Assembly (NCBI GenBank): GCA_028279595.1
Contig: JANQNK010000002.1
Location: 8,710-72,709, forward strand
Direction of reading: 5' to 3'
Origin: Thermoplasmatota archaeon
GTDB taxonomy: Archaea > Thermoplasmatota > JAKEGO01
DNA length: 64,000 nt
Shown piece after piece: positions 58,421 to 64,000 of the stretch (within the stretch, counting starts at the first letter, position 1; each line of letters opens with the position of its first letter). The position numbers and the translations under genes were made by a program. The notes under the pieces were generated by a model. That model did not search any database, was not told the DNA's origin, and saw only the letters and a program-made list of their open reading frames with translations.

Positions 58421-59203
58421 TTACTCCGGCGCTTTCCGGGCGAAGGCGATGATGAAAGGTCTGCCTTCATAGTCGAGGAAATGGCGTGTGATGTCCATGG
58501 CGATCATGTTCCCGTTGTGGTGTTTCAACAGACGGGTGGAGCGGGAATACCCCTTCTCCCTTACGGTCTCGATGAAATCGTGCCAGGTGTCCTTGCTGAT
58601 ATTGGGATCGATGTCGAATGCCGTCATGGTCATGAGCTCCTCGGTGCTGTAACCGAAGTCCCACGCAGCTCTGTCGTTGGCGTAGACGATCTCACCGTCG
58701 TGAGCCCTGAACCAGAACGTTGCATCCGACGCGTGGTCGAGTGCATATTGAGTGAATTTAAGGGTCCTCTCCGTCTCCTTCCTGTGGGTGATGTCTCGGA
58801 ACACGATCTCGATGCCGGGACCGCTTTCGAAAACGATGGGGACGCCGACGGCCTCGACGTCGATGGACTTCCCGTCGAGCCGTTCGATTATCGTCTCGAT
58901 CGGCGATACCAACGGCACACCTTCGTGGACCTTGACCAATCTCTCCTTGACTGAGTCCCAGAAAGTGTCCGGAAGGAAAGCATCGATGTCCCTGCCCACA
59001 AGCTCCTCGCACGACTCCGCTCCGAGGATCGAGCAGGCCATCGTGTTGGCTAGAACGACCTTCCCGTTCTGCTCAATCACGATGCCGTTGAACGAGTGCT
59101 CAACGAGCTCCGCCTCGATCTCGTCGATGGCAGCTATCGGTCTGATCGGAACGGGTGGTTCTTCGTCATTCTCCTTGGTCTCCGGTGCCTTCCTACGGGC
59201 CAT
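58421..59203 (-). CDS. Stand-alone tandem PAS-domain protein
   Basis: Two PAS units ('AN.....LG....EL.G', 'RDIT.RK', 'AN..A...GYS.EEL'); no output domain. Confidence 0.8.
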   Translation of the reverse strand: MARRKAPETKENDEEPPVPIRPIAAIDEIEAELVEHSFNGIVIEQNGKVVLANTMACSILGAESCEELVGRDIDAFLPDTFWDSVKERLVKVHEGVPLVSPIETIIERLDGKSIDVEAVGVPIVFESGPGIEIVFRDITHRKETERTLKFTQYALDHASDATFWFRAHDGEIVYANDRAAWDFGYSTEELMTMTAFDIDPNISKDTWHDFIETVREKGYSRSTRLLKHHNGNMIAMDITRHFLDYEGRPFIIAFARKAPE

Positions 59204-59370
59204 GGTCCCACCTTATCGAATATGAACATGGGTTATTAACGATATCCTTAAGCAGAAATTGTAGAGCCAGTACCTCTGAAGGATACGTTCGCTCACCGTA
59301 GGATTATCACGATTTCCGTGGTGATAACATCGTTAAATCTTTATAAGGCCCGCTCTGTTGTCGGTATCCC

Positions 59371-61974
59371 ATGGGATACGACCAAAAGGACCTGGAGGCC
59401 AGGTGGCAGGACTGGTGGGAAGCCGAGGAGATCTACCGGTTCGATCCAGAAAAGCTGGAGAACGTCTATTCGATAGACAACCCTCCCAGATATGCCTCCG
59501 GCGGTCTTCACATCGGTCATGCGACCCATTACACCCACATCGACTTCGCCGCTCGCTATCACAGGATGCACGGGAACAACGTCTTCTTCCCGCTGTGTTT
59601 CGACGTCAACGGCATCCCCATCGAGGAGCGCGTCGAGCGCAAGTACGGACTGACGCGGAAGGAGATCGAACGCCACGAGTTCGTCAAGATGTGCGAGGAG
59701 TTCGCCGAGAACAACATCGGCGAGATGACCCGGCAGTTCAAGATCCTGGGCGAGTCCATGGACCCGTCGATATTCTACCAGACCAACGCCGAATACTACA
59801 GGCGGTTGACGCAGATCTCGTTCATCCGACTGTTCGACAGAGGTCTGGTCTACAAGGGCGAGCGCCCCATCAACTGGTGCCCCCGATGCATGACTGCCAT
59901 GGCGGACGCCGAGGTCGAGCACAGGCCGAGGAAGACGCAGCTTAACTACATCCATTTCTCACTCGACGACGGATTCCCGCTCGTCATCGCGACGACAAGA
60001 CCGGAACTCCTGGCAACATGTCAGATGATCGCGATCAGCCCGGACGACGACAGGGCGGACAAGCTCGTCGGAAGGAAGGCAACGACACCGATCTACAACA
60101 GGGAGGTCGAGATCGTCGCCGACGAGAAGGTCGATCCCAACTTCGGGACCGGCGTCGTGATGATCTGTTCAATAGGCGACAGAGATGATCTGGAATGGAT
60201 CAACAAGTACGACCTCAACCTCGAGATCGCCATCGACGAGTCCGGCCACATGACCGACATCGTCGGGTACGAGCTCGAGGGGATGGAAGTGCCTCGCGCG
60301 AGGATAGTCATGCTCGATAGACTTTCCTCGAGCGGCCTGATAGAGAGGGCCGAGGACATCGAACAGAACGTCGGAGCCTGCTGGAGATGCCATCATCCGA
60401 TGGAGTTCATAGTCAAACCGCAGTGGTTCCTCAAGACCATGCCCTTCAAGGAACAGGTCATGGAAGCCGCGAACGACATGCGGTGGTTCCCCGAGTTCAT
60501 GAAGATACGTCTCAAGGACTGGGTCGATTCCCTCCAGTGGGACTGGGTCGTTTCCAGACAGAGATACTTCGCAACACCGATCCCGCTCTGGGAGTGCGAG
60601 GAGTGCGGCGAGGTCGTCATCGCGAGGGAGGACGACTGCTACGTCGATCCGACGATTGACACGCCACCACAGGCGAAGTGCTCCTGCGGCGGGTCTCTAA
60701 TTGGCTGCGAGGACGTCTTCGACACCTGGATGGATTCCTCGATAAGTCCGCTCTACAACACGTTCTGGGAACGGGACGAGAAGCTCTTCAACGCCCTCTA
60801 CCCGATGTCACTGCGTCCACAGGCGCATGACATCATACGGACCTGGGCATTCTACACGATCCTTCGAGATACACTCCTGACGGGAGAGAAACCCTTCAAG
60901 GACATCATGATGGACGGGTTCATCCTCTCCGAGGATGGAACTCCCATGCACGCTTCCAAGGGGAACGTGATAGATCCGATCGGCGTCCTCGAGGAGCACG
61001 GAGCGGATGCGCTTCGTTACTACGCAGCGAACTGCGCTCTCGGCGAGGACAACGCCTTCCGCATGAAGGACGTTACCCGCGGGACACGACTCTGTCGGAA
61101 ACTGTTCAACGTTAGTTCTTTCATTGGAAATTCTTTGGAAGGGCTCGAAGGCGCACCGGAGCGGCCTTCGGAGCTCAGGCCCACCGACCACTGGATCCTT
61201 TCGGAGTTCGATGCGGTCGTTTCGAAGGCGACTGCCTCCTGCGAGGAGTACAGGTTCGACGTCGCGATGCGGGAAGCCGAATACTTCCTCTGGCATCAAC
61301 TCGCAGATCACTATCTCGAACTCATCAAGCATAGGGTCCGAGAGAATGATCCCGCTGCGCTTTACACACTCTACACCGTTGGACTCGGGACGGTCAAGTT
61401 GATAGCGCCGTTCCTTCCGCACATCACTGAGGAATGTTACCAGTCCTGGTACAAGGACCACGAGGGCGCGAAATCCGTTCACGTTTCTTCATGGCCTGTC
61501 GAGCTCGGCTTCGACGCCGACGCAGCGAAGAAGGGCGAGGCAGTGAGTCAGGTCGCTGCAGCGGTCAGAAGGTGGAAATCCGAGAACGGAGTCGCTCTCA
61601 ACCAACCCGTTGAAACTGCAGGAATAGTCTCCGAGATCGATCTTTCCGATTGCATTTCAGACATTACAGGACCTACATCGATCCAGGACCTTCAGTTCCC
61701 TTCATCCGACGAGATCGAGACCAAACCGACCGGGGCAAAGCCAAAGTTCGACCTCATCGGACCCGAGTTCCGCGGCGATGCAGGAATGATCATCGGCGCG
61801 ATCCAGTCCGAAGACCCGGTCGCGATCATCGGTGGAAGGACGATCGATGTCGGCGGGAAGGAAGTCGTTCTGAAGGACTACGCCGACATTCAGGTGAGTA
61901 CGGTCTACAAGGGTGAGGCCGTGGACACAGAGGAAGAGGAGCTTGTCACAGTAATTCTCACGAAGAATGAATGA
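59371..61974 (+). CDS. valS: Valine--tRNA ligase (archaeal type)
   Basis: HIGH, ATTRPE, DW..SRQR, DTWMDSS, RPQAHDIIRTW, KMSKS-equivalent PMHAS. Confidence 0.95.
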   Translation: MGYDQKDLEARWQDWWEAEEIYRFDPEKLENVYSIDNPPRYASGGLHIGHATHYTHIDFAARYHRMHGNNVFFPLCFDVNGIPIEERVERKYGLTRKEIERHEFVKMCEEFAENNIGEMTRQFKILGESMDPSIFYQTNAEYYRRLTQISFIRLFDRGLVYKGERPINWCPRCMTAMADAEVEHRPRKTQLNYIHFSLDDGFPLVIATTRPELLATCQMIAISPDDDRADKLVGRKATTPIYNREVEIVADEKVDPNFGTGVVMICSIGDRDDLEWINKYDLNLEIAIDESGHMTDIVGYELEGMEVPRARIVMLDRLSSSGLIERAEDIEQNVGACWRCHHPMEFIVKPQWFLKTMPFKEQVMEAANDMRWFPEFMKIRLKDWVDSLQWDWVVSRQRYFATPIPLWECEECGEVVIAREDDCYVDPTIDTPPQAKCSCGGSLIGCEDVFDTWMDSSISPLYNTFWERDEKLFNALYPMSLRPQAHDIIRTWAFYTILRDTLLTGEKPFKDIMMDGFILSEDGTPMHASKGNVIDPIGVLEEHGADALRYYAANCALGEDNAFRMKDVTRGTRLCRKLFNVSSFIGNSLEGLEGAPERPSELRPTDHWILSEFDAVVSKATASCEEYRFDVAMREAEYFLWHQLADHYLELIKHRVRENDPAALYTLYTVGLGTVKLIAPFLPHITEECYQSWYKDHEGAKSVHVSSWPVELGFDADAAKKGEAVSQVAAAVRRWKSENGVALNQPVETAGIVSEIDLSDCISDITGPTSIQDLQFPSSDEIETKPTGAKPKFDLIGPEFRGDAGMIIGAIQSEDPVAIIGGRTIDVGGKEVVLKDYADIQVSTVYKGEAVDTEEEELVTVILTKNE

Positions 61975-62127
61975 CCAGGGTCTCTGGCCATCAGTAACAA
62001 TACTTTAATATCATTGACAACGATGATTACGTGGTACGATGGACGAGAAGGAGAAGAAGAAGAAGAAGGTCATAAGAGACCTTGTCAAATCCTCCCCAAA
62101 ATTCGTCGAAGAGGGTGGAAGGCTTCA

Positions 62128-62610
62128 TTAGAGCCTTTCATAGTGACGCCGTAACCATTGTTCTATCGTTCCTCCGTATTCCTGGTCCATTAGGATGTCC
62201 ATCTCGGACCTTTGCCTATCCCAATCAACGATATGCTCGATCCGAAGGAAATGGTATGGTTCGAGGTCATTTTCCTCTTCGTGCTCAAGCCTCCACCGAT
62301 GAAGTTCCAACCGTTCATCATCCATTGAACCGGGATCGGAACGAAGACGAAGGTCATTGTTCAAAAGGAACGTTTCTGCAGAGAGAAGCGAGGTACGATG
62401 GTTTGCCTCTCTGAAGATGTGAAAGACGATCAAGGATACAGCATACGCTGTTGCGATCCTGTAACAGTCCTTGAAACTCACGACGTATCGATGTATCAAC
62501 TCCAAATATCCAGGATAGTCAAGAGCATACAGACCCTGCTCGAAACGGGTTGCGCCAAGGACCTCCCTGTTGATCTCGCAGATATCATCATCGGTCAAGA
62601 ACTCGATCAT
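62128..62610 (-). CDS. Fic/Doc-like protein with variant motif
   Basis: HIFREANHRT; Doc-like N-terminus 'FLT..I.EIN'. Confidence 0.7.
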   Translation of the reverse strand: MIEFLTDDDICEINREVLGATRFEQGLYALDYPGYLELIHRYVVSFKDCYRIATAYAVSLIVFHIFREANHRTSLLSAETFLLNNDLRLRSDPGSMDDERLELHRWRLEHEEENDLEPYHFLRIEHIVDWDRQRSEMDILMDQEYGGTIEQWLRRHYERL

Positions 62611-62719
62611 GAATCAAATTAGGAATTCTGGTCCATTATCGTTCGATCAGGTGGACAATGAAACTGTTCCCGCTTGTCCCGACGGCAAATTACAATTACT
62701 CAGCAGTCTATTGTAGACC

Positions 62720-64000
62720 ATGGGTGCGTACGACGTCGCCATAATCGGCGCCGGCGTCACGGGGGCATTCGTCGCCCGTGAACTTTCTCGCTACGACCTG
62801 AAGGTAGCCGTATTAGAGGCGGGAGCCGATGTATGCGCCGGAACGAGCCGTGCCAACAGCGGTGTCATTCACGCTGGGTTCTTCAACGCTCCCAATACTC
62901 TGAAGGCTGAGACCTGTGTCGAGGGCAACCTCGCATACGAAGGGATCTGCAACGAGCTTGGAATTCCCTACGTCAAATGCGGTAAGCTGGTAACCGTCCC
63001 GAAGGGCATGCCCAACGGACGGGAAAGGCTCGAAGCCCTTCGGAGTCAGGGAAATGCCGTCGGAACTCCTGGCCTCAACATCCTGGGCTGGCGGCAGGCA
63101 CAGGAGTTGGAGCCCAACATCGATTGCGAGATAGCGTTGCATTCACCAGAGAGTGCCATAGTCGCTCCTTACATGGTCACGATAGCTGCAGCGGAGGATG
63201 CTGCAGTAAATGGCGTCGAATTCTTCCTCAATTCCGAAGTGACGGAGTTCCACCCTTTCCACGGCGGATACAGGATGAACACCAAGGACGGTCATGTTAT
63301 CTCAGCTAGTACTATCGTCAACTGCGCTGGTGTGTCATCTTCCCGGGTCGCTTCCGCACTCGGCCTCGAAGGGTTCACGATCTATCCGTCCAGAGGGGAG
63401 TACCTTCTTCTCGACAAATCGGTTGGCGGCCTGATCAACGGCCTGGTCTATCCTCTCGTTCCAGAGGGAGATACAACTCTGGGAGTCCATCTGACTCCAA
63501 CGGTCGAGGGGCACATCCTTGTCGGTCCGACCGAGGAATACGTTAGTCTGGAATCGACCGCTACGACTCAGCCGAAGATCGACGAGATGCTCCGGGACCT
63601 GAAGACCATCCTTCCCATGCTCGGTCGTGAGCATGTCATCAAGACCTACTCCGGCCTCAGGGCGAAACTGGTTCCTGAAGGTGAGACGAACGTCTACGGA
63701 GATGTCGATTTCATAATGAAGGAGGAGCCCGAAGGGGTAATTCATCTCCTCGGGATCGAGTCTCCTGGTCTGACAGCGGCACCAGCTCTTGCCAAGCGGG
63801 TGACGCAACGGCTGACTCAGGTATTGACTGCCGGTAGGAAGTCGGAGATAATCCCTTACAGATGGAAGTACTCTTCGCATCCGACACCGGAGGAGAGGGC
63901 ACAAAGGATATCAGGAGAGCCCAACTACGGACGAGTCTTCTGCCGTTGCGAACACGCAAGCCAGGCGGAGATACAGGCTGCGCTCGAGAACCCTCTGGGA
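62720..64000 (+). CDS. FAD-dependent oxidoreductase (GlpA/LhgO-like) with BFD-like Fe-S tail; runs off the window end
   Basis: MGAYDVAIIGAGVTG, TSRANSGVIHAG, GIESPGLTAAPA, CRCE near the window end. Confidence 0.88.
   Translation, partial: MGAYDVAIIGAGVTGAFVARELSRYDLKVAVLEAGADVCAGTSRANSGVIHAGFFNAPNTLKAETCVEGNLAYEGICNELGIPYVKCGKLVTVPKGMPNGRERLEALRSQGNAVGTPGLNILGWRQAQELEPNIDCEIALHSPESAIVAPYMVTIAAAEDAAVNGVEFFLNSEVTEFHPFHGGYRMNTKDGHVISASTIVNCAGVSSSRVASALGLEGFTIYPSRGEYLLLDKSVGGLINGLVYPLVPEGDTTLGVHLTPTVEGHILVGPTEEYVSLESTATTQPKIDEMLRDLKTILPMLGREHVIKTYSGLRAKLVPEGETNVYGDVDFIMKEEPEGVIHLLGIESPGLTAAPALAKRVTQRLTQVLTAGRKSEIIPYRWKYSSHPTPEERAQRISGEPNYGRVFCRCEHASQAEIQAALENPLG

Overview
Archaeal genomic window, most likely Thermoplasmatota. 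The evidence is archaeal EF-1alpha, S10, S15, L40e, Cdc6, SMC-ScpA, split GMP synthase and DUF6015-type proteins. It has two parts. (1) Positions 1 to ~21945 are an accessory, largely AT-rich island abutting the 3' end of tRNA-Leu(CAA). It carries a tyrosine integrase coupled to a regulator gene, three secreted or surface proteins, and two paralogous coiled-coil/winged-helix/basic-tail proteins. It also carries a four-gene operon: unknown protein, SIR2-ATPase fusion, tandem Rossmann/CARF-like protein, and a TGT-like/DUF6884-like fusion. This operon is the best candidate for an undescribed defence system. (2) Positions ~22035-64000 are GC-rich core chromosome. Oddities there include an FtsZ paralogue lacking the GTP-binding loop, a four-way-junction RNA candidate upstream of it, an ORB-containing AT-rich oriC candidate, a duplicated tRNA-Arg leader with antisense complementarity to the tRNA, and an isochorismatase/flavoprotein/RlmN-like cassette bracketed by two DUF6015-like genes. 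All family assignments are from motif recognition by eye; no searches were run.
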